Below are positions 20,297-29,540 of a stretch of 55,918 bases of DNA, one piece after another (the stretch's first letter is position 1; every line of letters begins with the position of its first letter). A program made the position numbers and the translations under genes. The DNA comes from Candidatus Woesearchaeota archaeon (lineage in GTDB: Archaea; Nanobdellota; Nanobdellia; Pacearchaeales; UBA284): assembly GCA_964599615.1 (NCBI GenBank), contig CAZRGF010000006.1:1-55918 (forward strand), read 5' to 3'. The notes beneath the pieces are model-generated. The model was not told the origin of the DNA. It was given only the letters and a program-made list of their open reading frames with translations, and did no database searches.

Positions 20297-21157
20297 TTAC
20301 ATGACACAAGGTTTTAGCCCCATATATTTCATCAATGTAAACGGGTTGTTGCTTTGTTCAATTACATAGGCGTTCCCTGCTTGAACAATTGATTTTAAGT
20401 CAGAACATACGTTGTTTGATGCTTTTAATCTCTGGATTTCATTTATATTCAGGGTAAGCCACATGTCGTATTCTTGATCAGTAAAAGGAGAGACTTGTCC
20501 TTGAGAACCAACAAAGAAAGTGTATCCTACATACTGCATATTATTGTCATGGAACTGCATCTTGATTTTAGGGCCTTTTATGCTTGTGACTTGAGAGCAT
20601 TTTTGCATTATTGATTGCAAGTCGGAGGGGGTGATTAGGGGGGCGGGTGTTGGTGGTGGGGTTGGGCATACTCTTCCTGTGTTAATCAATTTTCCCTCGA
20701 TACAATCTTGGGTGATGGTTACGCTTCCGTCCCAGCACGATACTTTGGTCGGTGAAGTACATGGGCATACTTTTCCTGTATTAATTAATGCCCCATTAAT
20801 ACAATTCTGGGTCACAATTACACTTCCATCACTGCATGATATGGTCGTGGACTTAGTGCATGGGCATACTTTTCCCGTATTAATCAATTTTCCATCGACA
20901 CAATCTTGTGTTACAATTACATTTGCATCACTGCATGATATGGTCGTAGATGTTGTGCACAGAGGAGTTGGCGGAGTTACTGGCAGATTAGTTTTTTCAC
21001 TTTTTAGCATTTCAGATGTAACTAGTAGGGCAATAAAAAAAATAGTCCCTAAAACAATTAGATTAATCTGTAATTCAGATAAAGAAAAGTCTTCTTTGTT
21101 CCATTTTTTTTCTGAAAACCACTTCTTTATTGAAAACCAGATATTTTTTATTTTCAT
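20297..21157 (-). CDS. Membrane-anchored protein with three Cys-rich tandem repeats
   Basis: TM, Pro-rich linkers, three 33-aa repeats, globular C-terminal domain. Confidence 0.75.
   Translation of the reverse strand: MKIKNIWFSIKKWFSEKKWNKEDFSLSELQINLIVLGTIFFIALLVTSEMLKSEKTNLPVTPPTPLCTTSTTISCSDANVIVTQDCVDGKLINTGKVCPCTKSTTISCSDGSVIVTQNCINGALINTGKVCPCTSPTKVSCWDGSVTITQDCIEGKLINTGRVCPTPPPTPAPLITPSDLQSIMQKCSQVTSIKGPKIKMQFHDNNMQYVGYTFFVGSQGQVSPFTDQEYDMWLTLNINEIQRLKASNNVCSDLKSIVQAGNAYVIEQSNNPFTLMKYMGLKPCVM
20663..20959 (-). repeat. Intragenic tandem repeat, 3 x 99 bp
   Basis: Units start at 20663, 20762 and 20861 (TGGGCATAC on +); encode CT.....SC.D....TQ.C..G.LINTG.VCP. Confidence 0.9.
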
Positions 21158-21170
21158 TTGAGTCTGATTT

Positions 21171-21863
21171 TTATGGTTTTCTCTTTTTTATATGTCTGGA
21201 GATTTGGTCAGCTTCTGACTCAATATGCTCTTTTTTCTTTTTTTCGTATTTTTCTTGTTCTTCTTTTATCCCCTTAATAACTTCGCCATGTGAGGCTTTT
21301 TTAATCTTTTCTGCGATTTCTTTAAGTTCTTTGTCGTCTGCTTTTTTATGTTCCCAGTCAAAAGAAAGATTATCTGCTTCATATCTTGGGATGATATTAA
21401 TGACAAAGTGCTGGATTCTCTGACCAGCTAGTTGTCCTTGGGGGATATATATACTTAATGATTTCGCATCTAAAAGTTTGATTAGAATCGGGGAAACTGT
21501 TTTTACAAAATAGATAAGCTTGTTCATCAGGGGTTCTGGAATTTCTTGGATATATTGATAATGGTGCTTCGGCAAAATTAATATATGCCCTTTGCTGGCG
21601 GGCATTATCTCCATCAAAACCAAGATGTCCATGTCTTCGTATATTTTTACAGATTCTATTCTTCCGGCGATTATCTCACAGAAAATACATTTTTGCTGGC
21701 TTTGACCGGCTGATTGCTGCTGTTTTATAAATTCTTCAAGTTCTTCGGGAGTAGCTTCTTCAATTTGTTCTTTCAAATCGCCGACTTGGTCTTTAGGCAT
21801 TTTTTCTATCTGAGTTAGAAGCTGTTTTTTGATTGTTTTTGCTTGTTCTTCTGTTAGAGTCAT
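21171..21863 (-). CDS. HIT-family protein with degenerate triad
   Basis: CIFCEII, PASKGHILILPK, GQRIQHFVINIIPRY. Confidence 0.85.
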   Translation of the reverse strand: MTLTEEQAKTIKKQLLTQIEKMPKDQVGDLKEQIEEATPEELEEFIKQQQSAGQSQQKCIFCEIIAGRIESVKIYEDMDILVLMEIMPASKGHILILPKHHYQYIQEIPEPLMNKLIYFVKTVSPILIKLLDAKSLSIYIPQGQLAGQRIQHFVINIIPRYEADNLSFDWEHKKADDKELKEIAEKIKKASHGEVIKGIKEEQEKYEKKKKEHIESEADQISRHIKKRKP

Positions 21864-21971
21864 ATTTTTTTAGTAAATTCAGTTTTAAATATCTTTTTGA
21901 GTTTGGTTTTTGGTTTTTAGAAAGGTTTATAAAATAAATATCTCTAAGTATAAAGTAAAAAAGAGAGTAAC

Positions 21972-22262
21972 ATGCCAGCTAAAAAACAAAAAAGTAAAGC
22001 AATTAAAGTAGTAAAGAATGCTCCTTCTCCAAAATCAAGTGGAAAGAAACAAGTTAATTGGGTTCTTGTTCTTGTGATGTCTATAATCTTTGGAGTGTTT
22101 GGTGTTGATAGATTTATCATGGGTAAAATTGGAACAGGAATTTTAAAATTAGTTGTTACCCTAGTAACTCTGGGGTTTGGCGGATGCATATGGTGGATAA
22201 TTGATATTATTTTAATAGCAACAAAAAGTCCTTCACTAAATGTTGAATTTGTAGAAAGTTAA
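21972..22262 (+). CDS. TM2 domain protein
   Basis: FGVFGVDRFIMGKIGTGILKL..GIW-like WWIIDIILI. Confidence 0.88.
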   Translation: MPAKKQKSKAIKVVKNAPSPKSSGKKQVNWVLVLVMSIIFGVFGVDRFIMGKIGTGILKLVVTLVTLGFGGCIWWIIDIILIATKSPSLNVEFVES

Positions 22263-22282
22263 AATTTAATGTTTAATAGAAA

Positions 22283-22873
22283 ATGAGAAAACTTAGATTA
22301 AAAAACAAGAAAGCAGCATTTGAGATGTCAATAACAACAATTGTCATCCTAGTGATTGCTTTGACAATGTTAATCTTCGGAATGATATTTGTTCGAAAGA
22401 TGATGTGCTCTAGCATGGACTTAATGGAAGGTGTTACTGCTGGAACAAAAACAGAGATAAGCAAATTATTTAGTACAACTGGTGGAGAAGTTATTTGTTT
22501 AGGAGAAGGAGAAAAGATTCAAGATATTTTTCCTTCTGGGACTGTACAAAATGCTTATTGTGGCTTTAATGTAGAGTCAGGAGCATCAAAAACTTTCCCT
22601 ATTGTAGTTGATGAAAATAGTATCACTGTGATTTTTGAGGGTCTTACAGATGCACAAGCAAAGACTTTGGTGAAGAATTGGGTAACACCCGTAGCAAAAT
22701 CTAGTGTTTCTGCTAAAGCAGGTACACAGGTAATTGCCCCTGTATTTTATATGAACATTCCAAAAGATGCGCCAGTCGGATTTTTTTCAATAAATGTAAA
22801 AGTTGGAGAGACAGATCATTTCATGCAATTTAATATCAAGAGAGCTGGAGCTGTCCAAAGCGCAATCTGTTAA
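22283..22873 (+). CDS. Archaeal type IV pilin-like protein
   Basis: Class III signal peptide KKA/AFEMSITTIVILVIA. Confidence 0.8.
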   Translation: MRKLRLKNKKAAFEMSITTIVILVIALTMLIFGMIFVRKMMCSSMDLMEGVTAGTKTEISKLFSTTGGEVICLGEGEKIQDIFPSGTVQNAYCGFNVESGASKTFPIVVDENSITVIFEGLTDAQAKTLVKNWVTPVAKSSVSAKAGTQVIAPVFYMNIPKDAPVGFFSINVKVGETDHFMQFNIKRAGAVQSAIC

Positions 22874-22915
22874 TAAGGTTTTTAAGTTTGTTTTTCTTAA
22901 CTAGTATTATTAAAA

Positions 22916-23839
22916 ATGGCTGAAAACAAGGTGAATGTTTTATTTGTCTGTACTGGAAATACCTTCAGAAGCGTGATTGGGGAATACTGTCTAAGAGATT
23001 ATCTTAAAAAGAGGAAGATAGGCAGTATTTCAGTCAGTTCTGCGGGAATAATAGCAAAGCCTGATTCTATTAACACTTTCACGTTAAAATCTCTTAAATC
23101 AAAAGGAATTGATGCTAGCAAGCATAAACAAAGAAAATTAACTAGGGAGCTGATAAAGGATTCTGATTTAGTGATTGCATTACATAAAGAACATCAGAAT
23201 TTTATTGAAAAAGAATTTGGAGTATATGTCCCTTTGTTCAATGAACTTGTGATAGGGAAAAGTGTTTCTGTTCTAGATGTCAATCGAACTGATGGGCCCA
23301 ATAGTGAAGAATTATTTGAAAAACAAATCAACGATACTGTGGAATATATATACAAGAATACCAAAAAAATATTTGATTATCTGGCATATTCAAATTTCCT
23401 TTTTTTGGATTTTATAAAAGGAAATAAGGAACAAAGAGATGGGTATCCATTTGAGCCATTGTATGAATCAAAACATTCAATTGCCTTTATGTCCATAGAT
23501 ATTCCCAACAAGGAAGATGCTCATGTGCTTGTTGTCCCTAAAATTAGATTCAAATCTTTTGAAGATATTCCCAAAGAGATATTACATGATCTAATAGAAA
23601 CAATTATGATTGTCGGAAAAGCCATTAAAAAGAATCATGGGGGTTATAATGTACTGCTTAATAATGGTTGGAGTGCTGGACAAAGAATATTTCATACACA
23701 TTTCCATGTAATCCCTAGGAATGAAAAAGATGATATAAAAATTGAGATATGGAAAAACAAGAAGCTTAATAAGAATGAATTCATTAAGTTAAATGAACAG
23801 ATTAAAGAGAACATCAATGAGGTTTTAAGAAAATGTTAA
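22916..23839 (+). CDS. LMW protein phosphatase-HIT hydrolase fusion
   Basis: FVCTGNTFRS, VSSAG, DLVIAL in the N-half; GQRIFHTHFHVIPR in the C-half. Confidence 0.85.
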   Translation: MAENKVNVLFVCTGNTFRSVIGEYCLRDYLKKRKIGSISVSSAGIIAKPDSINTFTLKSLKSKGIDASKHKQRKLTRELIKDSDLVIALHKEHQNFIEKEFGVYVPLFNELVIGKSVSVLDVNRTDGPNSEELFEKQINDTVEYIYKNTKKIFDYLAYSNFLFLDFIKGNKEQRDGYPFEPLYESKHSIAFMSIDIPNKEDAHVLVVPKIRFKSFEDIPKEILHDLIETIMIVGKAIKKNHGGYNVLLNNGWSAGQRIFHTHFHVIPRNEKDDIKIEIWKNKKLNKNEFIKLNEQIKENINEVLRKC

Positions 23840-25254
23840 AATTGTATAATACTTTAACAAGAAAGAAACAAGTTTTCAAATCAATCAGTCCCAACAGGGC
23901 CGGGATGTACACTTGTGGCTTGACGGTCTATAATTACGCGCATATAGGCAATCTGCGGACATATGTCTTTGAAGATATCCTTAAAAGAGTTTTGATATGT
24001 GATGGATATAGCGTCCAGCATGTCATGAATATCACTGACGTCGGGCATTTGACTAGCGATGAAGATTCTGGGGAAGACAAGATGGATATTGGTTCTAAAA
24101 GAGAGCACAAAACTCCCGGGGAAATTGCAAACTTTTACACTAATGCTTTCAAAGAGGATTTAAACAAATTAAATATAATTGTTCCAGATGTTTGGTGTAA
24201 AGCAACAGACCATATCCAAGAACAAATTGATTTGATAAAAAGACTAGAAGGAAAAGGGTATACTTACCTTGGAAAAAACGGAAATGTTTATTTTGATACT
24301 AGCAAATTCAAAAATTATGGCAAGATGGCTATGTTAAATCTAAAAGAAGAAACAAGGGCTAGAGTTGAAAAAGATTTAAATAAAAAAAATTCAAGAGATT
24401 TTGTTTTGTGGTTCTCTTTACGAGGTTCAAAATTTGAAAATCACATCCTGAAGTGGCAAAGCTCCTGGGGGGAGGGATTCCCAGGTTGGCATATCGAGTG
24501 TTCTGCAATGTCTATGAAATATTTGGGAGAAAAATTTGATATACATTGTGGTGGAATAGACCATATTCCCGTTCATCACACAAATGAAATCGCGCAATCC
24601 GAAGCAGCTACTGGAAAGAAAGTGGTTAATTACTGGGTTCATGGAAATTGGCTTGTAATGGATTCTGGAAAAAATGAAAAAGAAAAAATGGCGAAATCTT
24701 CTGGAGAATTTATCACGCTTAAAACTTTGGCTGACAAAGGTTATGAACCTTTAGTCTATAGATATTTTTGTTTGACCACGCATTACAGAAATGAATTGCT
24801 GTTCTCTTGGCAAAGTCTTGATGCTGCTAAAAATACTTTTAATACATTAAAGAACAAAATCATTGAAATCAAGGGTGATTTGTCCAGAACGGGGATCTGT
24901 AATGAAAAAATTTTAAAATACAAGGAAGATTTTTTAAAAATTATTAATGATGATATGAATATGCCAAAAGCATTAGCTTTGTTCTGGCAGATGTTAAGAG
25001 ATGATAAATTGAGTAATAATGAGAAATATGCGCTTATATTGGATTTTGACCAGGTTTTTGGTCTGAATCTAGACAAAATAAAAGAAGAAAAATTAGATCT
25101 ACCCAAAGAAATTCAAGAACTATTAAAACAAAGAGAAGAGGCTAGAAAGAAAAAAGATTTTAAGCTTTCTGATGAACTAAGAAACAAGATTAAAGTTAGA
25201 GGATATTCTGTTGATGACACAATCAACGGGCAGAAAGTCAGAAAATTAAATTGA
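23833..25254 (+). CDS. cysS: Cysteine--tRNA ligase
   Basis: YTCGLTVY, HIGN, PGWHIECSAM, KMAKS. Confidence 0.97.
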   Translation: MLKLYNTLTRKKQVFKSISPNRAGMYTCGLTVYNYAHIGNLRTYVFEDILKRVLICDGYSVQHVMNITDVGHLTSDEDSGEDKMDIGSKREHKTPGEIANFYTNAFKEDLNKLNIIVPDVWCKATDHIQEQIDLIKRLEGKGYTYLGKNGNVYFDTSKFKNYGKMAMLNLKEETRARVEKDLNKKNSRDFVLWFSLRGSKFENHILKWQSSWGEGFPGWHIECSAMSMKYLGEKFDIHCGGIDHIPVHHTNEIAQSEAATGKKVVNYWVHGNWLVMDSGKNEKEKMAKSSGEFITLKTLADKGYEPLVYRYFCLTTHYRNELLFSWQSLDAAKNTFNTLKNKIIEIKGDLSRTGICNEKILKYKEDFLKIINDDMNMPKALALFWQMLRDDKLSNNEKYALILDFDQVFGLNLDKIKEEKLDLPKEIQELLKQREEARKKKDFKLSDELRNKIKVRGYSVDDTINGQKVRKLN

Positions 25255-25269
25255 ACTTAGAAAATGAAT

Positions 25270-25293
25270 TACCTCGGGCTAAAGCCCAAGGTA
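25270..25293. other. GC-rich hairpin resembling an IS200/IS605- or REP-type end
   Basis: TACCTCGGGC-TAAA-GCCCAAGGTA just after cysS; no transposase nearby. Confidence 0.4.
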
Positions 25294-25438
25294 TCTATAA
25301 CATGAGTAACACGATAATGAAAAGCGACAGCGCAGTAGCAAGGTATTTATTATTATGCTCATTGTTGAGGTTCATAAGGAGACTTCCTTATACACTAAAG
25401 TTGGAGGATGGAGATTCTGAATCTTGGTTATATCAAAA

Positions 25439-26011
25439 ATGAAAGAAATTGAAACATTGGTACAGGTTTTTGATACTAAAGAAAAAGTGCTACAAACTCT
25501 AAAAAGTTTTGAGTTTAAAGGAATTAGAAAGATAGTTGATGTCTATTTTCTGAACCCTCTGACCAAGGATTTGCAAGTCGTTGATAACAAATGCCCAAGG
25601 AAGTGGTTCAGAGTCCGTAAAAAAGATGATAAATGTTATTTTTGTTTTAAAGAAGACACTTTTGATAAAAAGGATAAATGGATATATTCTGATGAATATG
25701 AGACAGAAGTCAAAGATTTTGAAACATTAGTGAAGATAATTGAAAAATTAGGATTCAAAGAATTAGTAACGATAAATAATCTAAAACATACTTACGAGAC
25801 CGAAGATTACGAAATTGTATTTGAAGAAGTCAAAGATTTGGGATTTTTTTTAGAAGTTGAAAAACTTTGTGTAAACGAAAAAGACGATGTAGTTAAGATA
25901 AAAAAAGATATTCAAAAATTTATTGATGATTTGGGGATAAAAGTTAGTCCTGAATTAAATGTTGGGAAAGCAGAGATGCTAATTGAGAAAAAGAAGATTT
26001 GTTTGGGATAA
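25439..26011 (+). CDS. CYTH domain protein (class IV adenylate cyclase-like)
   Basis: MKEIE, DVYF, FRVRKK, EYET, LGFFLEVE. Confidence 0.85.
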   Translation: MKEIETLVQVFDTKEKVLQTLKSFEFKGIRKIVDVYFLNPLTKDLQVVDNKCPRKWFRVRKKDDKCYFCFKEDTFDKKDKWIYSDEYETEVKDFETLVKIIEKLGFKELVTINNLKHTYETEDYEIVFEEVKDLGFFLEVEKLCVNEKDDVVKIKKDIQKFIDDLGIKVSPELNVGKAEMLIEKKKICLG

Positions 26012-26066
26012 TTAATATTACTTATTTGTGCATAAATGTTTATAAGCAAAATAGTTTTTTATACAA

Positions 26067-26729
26067 ATGTCAGAATTAGAACAGATTCTTCAAGGCATGT
26101 TTGTTGCGTTGAGCATTGATCCAGTGCAACAAAGGACTTTAACAGAAAATCTTGAAAAAATAAAACATAAAGATCAAGCAACTTATGAGCATTCAATAAG
26201 AGTCGCACTTCTTGGGGTTAAAGTTGCAAGAAATATGAATCTTAATCCAAAACCCTTGTTTTATTCGGGGTTATTGCATGATATAGGGAAAATTCTTGTT
26301 GATAAAGAACTTTTAGCTAAGAAAGGGGTTTTTGATGAAGAAGACAGAAAAAAAATGAAGAAACATCCAGAATATGCTTATTATCTGATAAAAGACATGC
26401 ATGATTTTACAGCTGAAATCATTGTGAGGCATCACAGAAGCCAGAAAGATCCTTATCCGGAAGAATTGCCTCCAACAAATAAGTCTTATCCATTAAATAA
26501 AAAATTATGTATTGGGCTTTATGCTCGAATCTTGTCTTTAGTAGATTTTTATGATGCAATCACCACAAGGAATAATGGAAAATATGGTGCTGAAAAATTA
26601 ACTCCAAAACAAAGAAAAAAGATTGTCTTGGAAAGTTATCCTGATCAGGCCGAGCTTATAGAAAAACTATATGCTGATAATGTTTTTGATAATGTCCAAG
26701 ATGATAGTGGATGCCAAAAAGATTTATAA
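26067..26729 (+). CDS. HD-GYP-like phosphohydrolase
   Basis: HSIRV, LLHDIGK, HP, HH..YP, ARILSLVDFYDAITTR. Confidence 0.88.
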   Translation: MSELEQILQGMFVALSIDPVQQRTLTENLEKIKHKDQATYEHSIRVALLGVKVARNMNLNPKPLFYSGLLHDIGKILVDKELLAKKGVFDEEDRKKMKKHPEYAYYLIKDMHDFTAEIIVRHHRSQKDPYPEELPPTNKSYPLNKKLCIGLYARILSLVDFYDAITTRNNGKYGAEKLTPKQRKKIVLESYPDQAELIEKLYADNVFDNVQDDSGCQKDL

Positions 26730-26744
26730 ATTAAAAAAGATTAA

Positions 26745-27098
26745 ATGAACATGGCAAATGAAGTAAAAAAAGAGGAAGTAAAAAAAAGAAGATTTGGCAT
26801 CTTTCATGAATTTAAGGATTTTTTAAAAGAATATAAAATAATTGGATTAGCAATAGCGTTCATCATGGGTGTTGCTGCAACAGCTTTAATTCAATCTTTA
26901 GTAAAAGATATTGTAATGCCCCTGATAACTCCATTTATTCCTGGCGGTGGTTGGCAAACAGCTACCTTTATACTAGGACCAATTGTTCTTAATTGGGGAG
27001 CTTTTTTAGGAGCAGTAATTAATTTTGTGATAATTGCATTAGTTGTATTTTTTATGGCTAAAGCGATTCTACGAGAAGAAAAGGTAACTAAGAAGTAA
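26745..27098 (+). CDS. mscL: Large-conductance mechanosensitive channel
   Basis: EFKDFL..IGLAIAFIMG..SLVKDIVMP..WGAFLGAVINFVII. Confidence 0.92.
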   Translation: MNMANEVKKEEVKKRRFGIFHEFKDFLKEYKIIGLAIAFIMGVAATALIQSLVKDIVMPLITPFIPGGGWQTATFILGPIVLNWGAFLGAVINFVIIALVVFFMAKAILREEKVTKK

Positions 27099-27136
27099 TT
27101 TTATTGAAGTAAATCTAAAGATTAAAAGATAAAAGC

Positions 27137-27559
27137 ATGAAGATGAATTGGTTTTGGTATGCATTAATAGGGATGGTTTTCCTTAGTGTGATGTTTCTTT
27201 TAATCACTAAAGTAAATAAGTTGGGTGTTAGAAGTGAGCTAGTCTATGTTCTACCTTCTATTTTTGCGGTTCTCTTCGGATTGATTTACATATTTGCTGT
27301 CAAAATTCCCTTTGCAGTCCCAAAAAGCATTTGGATATTCTTGGTCCTTGCTGGGCTTTTTGCTGTTATTGGAAATCTTTTGATGTTCAAATCATTGAGT
27401 TTAGCCCCTAATCCAGGATATGCATTAGCGATTATCAGCGCAGATGTTTTGCTTGTTGCTATTGCTTCTGTTTTTATATTCAAGTCAGAATTCACTGTGA
27501 TAAAGGCAATAGGGACAGTCCTTGCTGTTGTAGGAATAATTCTTTTGGGCTTGAAGTGA
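27137..27559 (+). CDS. EamA/DMT family transporter (single repeat)
   Basis: Five TM helices, typical C-terminal G..LAVVGIILL. Confidence 0.8.
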   Translation: MKMNWFWYALIGMVFLSVMFLLITKVNKLGVRSELVYVLPSIFAVLFGLIYIFAVKIPFAVPKSIWIFLVLAGLFAVIGNLLMFKSLSLAPNPGYALAIISADVLLVAIASVFIFKSEFTVIKAIGTVLAVVGIILLGLK

Positions 27560-27639
27560 TATAAACCTTTTGATTTGTTACTTTTCATTAGTGATAACAT
27601 AACCAAAAAGCTTTTAAATATAAATATCTTCTGAGCAAC

Positions 27640-28605
27640 ATGGTAAATTTTACTGAAGGATGGATCAACAAAATCGTTGATGGAAAACATAAATACGTTG
27701 TGACTGTGCCTGAAGAAGGCAAAGAACCCATTATAAAGTATTTTGACAATAAAGTTCTTTATCTGCCAAACGAGCAAGAAAGATTTGAAAAAGAAGCGTT
27801 GAAAAGAGGAGATAATGTGCTTTGGCTTGGAATCACTGGATGGACTAAACCTCCGAAACACTACCCTGCTTTGTATGGAACAAATGCTGAACCAGGAATT
27901 TATGATTCTCTTATAACTGCATTACTAAGCGAATGTGTCTTGATTTTAAAACAAGAAGGCATTGATGTTGATTTAAGACACGGTGTTTCTGATGCAGGAG
28001 TTGATGCAGCTGCAATGGGGGTTATGGAAAAATTGAAGATTTCAGGTTCAGGAGTCAATTGTCCTTTGTATATGCCTTGGGTTGTCGATGATACTAGAGG
28101 CGGGTCTGCTTTGGTTGCAGAAAATAAGGAGAGTTATCATCGATTATATTCTAAGTATCATCAAATCCTTTTAGTCACAGGAGGAAGAGATGCTGCTTTT
28201 TATCATGATTATTTAAGCAGACTCAAGGGAGAAGGTTATTCTATTGTTACAGATGTCATGCAAGTTGTTTCTAGAGAGATTATAAAATCACTTGACCAGA
28301 TGCCAGGGCAAGACAAACCTTCTCTGAATAATGCAGCTGCCTATATCAGAGAAAAAAATTCATTTTCATATTTTCCTGTTCCAAGGACTTTTGATGAGTT
28401 GATGGCCGTCACAAAATTATCTTTGTTGGATAATTCTTATAACTTATTAAAAAAACAGCCAAATGTTTCTTTGATGTCAAGTTTAGAACAAAATTTAGCT
28501 AGATTCAGGGAAGAAAGCAGAAAAGGCAATAGGGAGATAATAACAAAAGCAGAACTTGAAGACAGGATCTCAAGAACTGAGAAAGATTTCTTAGCTTTGG
28601 TTTAA
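27640..28605 (+). CDS. Hypothetical protein, possible SLOG-superfamily fold
   Basis: LGITG, HGVSDAGVDAAAM and LLVTGG resemble SLOG motifs. Confidence 0.45.
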   Translation: MVNFTEGWINKIVDGKHKYVVTVPEEGKEPIIKYFDNKVLYLPNEQERFEKEALKRGDNVLWLGITGWTKPPKHYPALYGTNAEPGIYDSLITALLSECVLILKQEGIDVDLRHGVSDAGVDAAAMGVMEKLKISGSGVNCPLYMPWVVDDTRGGSALVAENKESYHRLYSKYHQILLVTGGRDAAFYHDYLSRLKGEGYSIVTDVMQVVSREIIKSLDQMPGQDKPSLNNAAAYIREKNSFSYFPVPRTFDELMAVTKLSLLDNSYNLLKKQPNVSLMSSLEQNLARFREESRKGNREIITKAELEDRISRTEKDFLALV

Positions 28606-28639
28606 GTTAAATATAAAAACTATTTTTCTTTATAGAGTT

Positions 28640-29035
28640 ATGGCAAAAACAAAGTCAGGAAATTTTAGAAAAGCTTTGACTGTTAGTGAAAAAACGCTGA
28701 TTGCGGGTAAGAATGACCAGCAAAATGAAGAACTGATTAAACAAGTTCAAGAAGATGAATTTGTTTTACATACAAAAATGCCTGGAAGTCCTTTTGTCAA
28801 TATTAAGAATAACGAAAAAGGCGAGAAAGTAAGCAAGGAAGATATTCATGAAGCTGCGATTTTCTGCGTCAAGTATTCACAAGCTTGGAAAAAAGCAAAG
28901 AAAAAACCAGACAAGGTGGAGGTGCATGTTTTTCTAGGAAAAAATATCTTTAAATTAAAGGGAATGAAAACAGGGACTTTTGGAGTTAAGAAACTGAAAA
29001 AAGTAATTATCGAGAAAGAAGAAATTGAAAAATGA
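28640..29035 (+). CDS. NFACT-R (DUF814) RNA-binding domain protein
   Basis: AGKNDQQNEEL, LHT..PGSP, EAAIFCVKYSQAWK. Confidence 0.85.
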   Translation: MAKTKSGNFRKALTVSEKTLIAGKNDQQNEELIKQVQEDEFVLHTKMPGSPFVNIKNNEKGEKVSKEDIHEAAIFCVKYSQAWKKAKKKPDKVEVHVFLGKNIFKLKGMKTGTFGVKKLKKVIIEKEEIEK

Positions 29036-29481
29036 AAAAAGGAGTAGATTTTATAGGTGTAGGAACAGGGGCAATGATATTTAATAGTGAAGGCAAGGTT
29101 TTCTTAGCTAGAAGAGGTGAAAAAGCAAGAAATGAGCAGGGAAAATGGGATTTTCCCGGAGGCACAGTAGAATTTGGCGAAAAAATTGAAGAAGCTATAA
29201 AAAGAGAAATAAAAGAAGAATATGACTTTGATATTGAAGTAATAGAGTTATTAGAAATAATTGACCATATACTTGAAGAAGAAAAGCAACACTGGGTTTC
29301 TCCTTCTTTTGTTGCGAGATTTGTTTCAGGAAATCCAAAAATAATGGAACCAGAGAAATGCAATGGAATCAAATGGGAATTTTTAAAAGATATTGACGTG
29401 AATTCTTTGAGTAAGCCAAGCAAGTCTAATTTTAATTGTTATATCAAGAAGCATGGATATAATGCTCCGAAATTGAGTTAA
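29032..29481 (+). CDS. NUDIX hydrolase
   Basis: PGGTVEFGEKIEEAIKREIKEE, EPEKC. Confidence 0.9.
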   Translation: MKKGVDFIGVGTGAMIFNSEGKVFLARRGEKARNEQGKWDFPGGTVEFGEKIEEAIKREIKEEYDFDIEVIELLEIIDHILEEEKQHWVSPSFVARFVSGNPKIMEPEKCNGIKWEFLKDIDVNSLSKPSKSNFNCYIKKHGYNAPKLS

Positions 29482-29540
29482 AAATCATAATATGTTCTGT
29501 AGGATATAAATCCTTATAAATCTCTTTGATATCTCGAATA

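Noticed and set aside
20663-20959. Regularly spaced repeats as a possible CRISPR array
   Set aside because: In-frame 99-bp coding repeats with no unique spacers and no cas genes.
20631-21161. 176-aa + strand ORF with repeats
   Set aside because: Antisense shadow of the Cys-repeat gene.
25251-25442. 63-aa ORF after cysS
   Set aside because: TTG start, no recognised motif, spans the hairpin; probably spurious.
27286-27861. 191-aa minus-strand ORF
   Set aside because: Overlaps two well-supported + strand genes.
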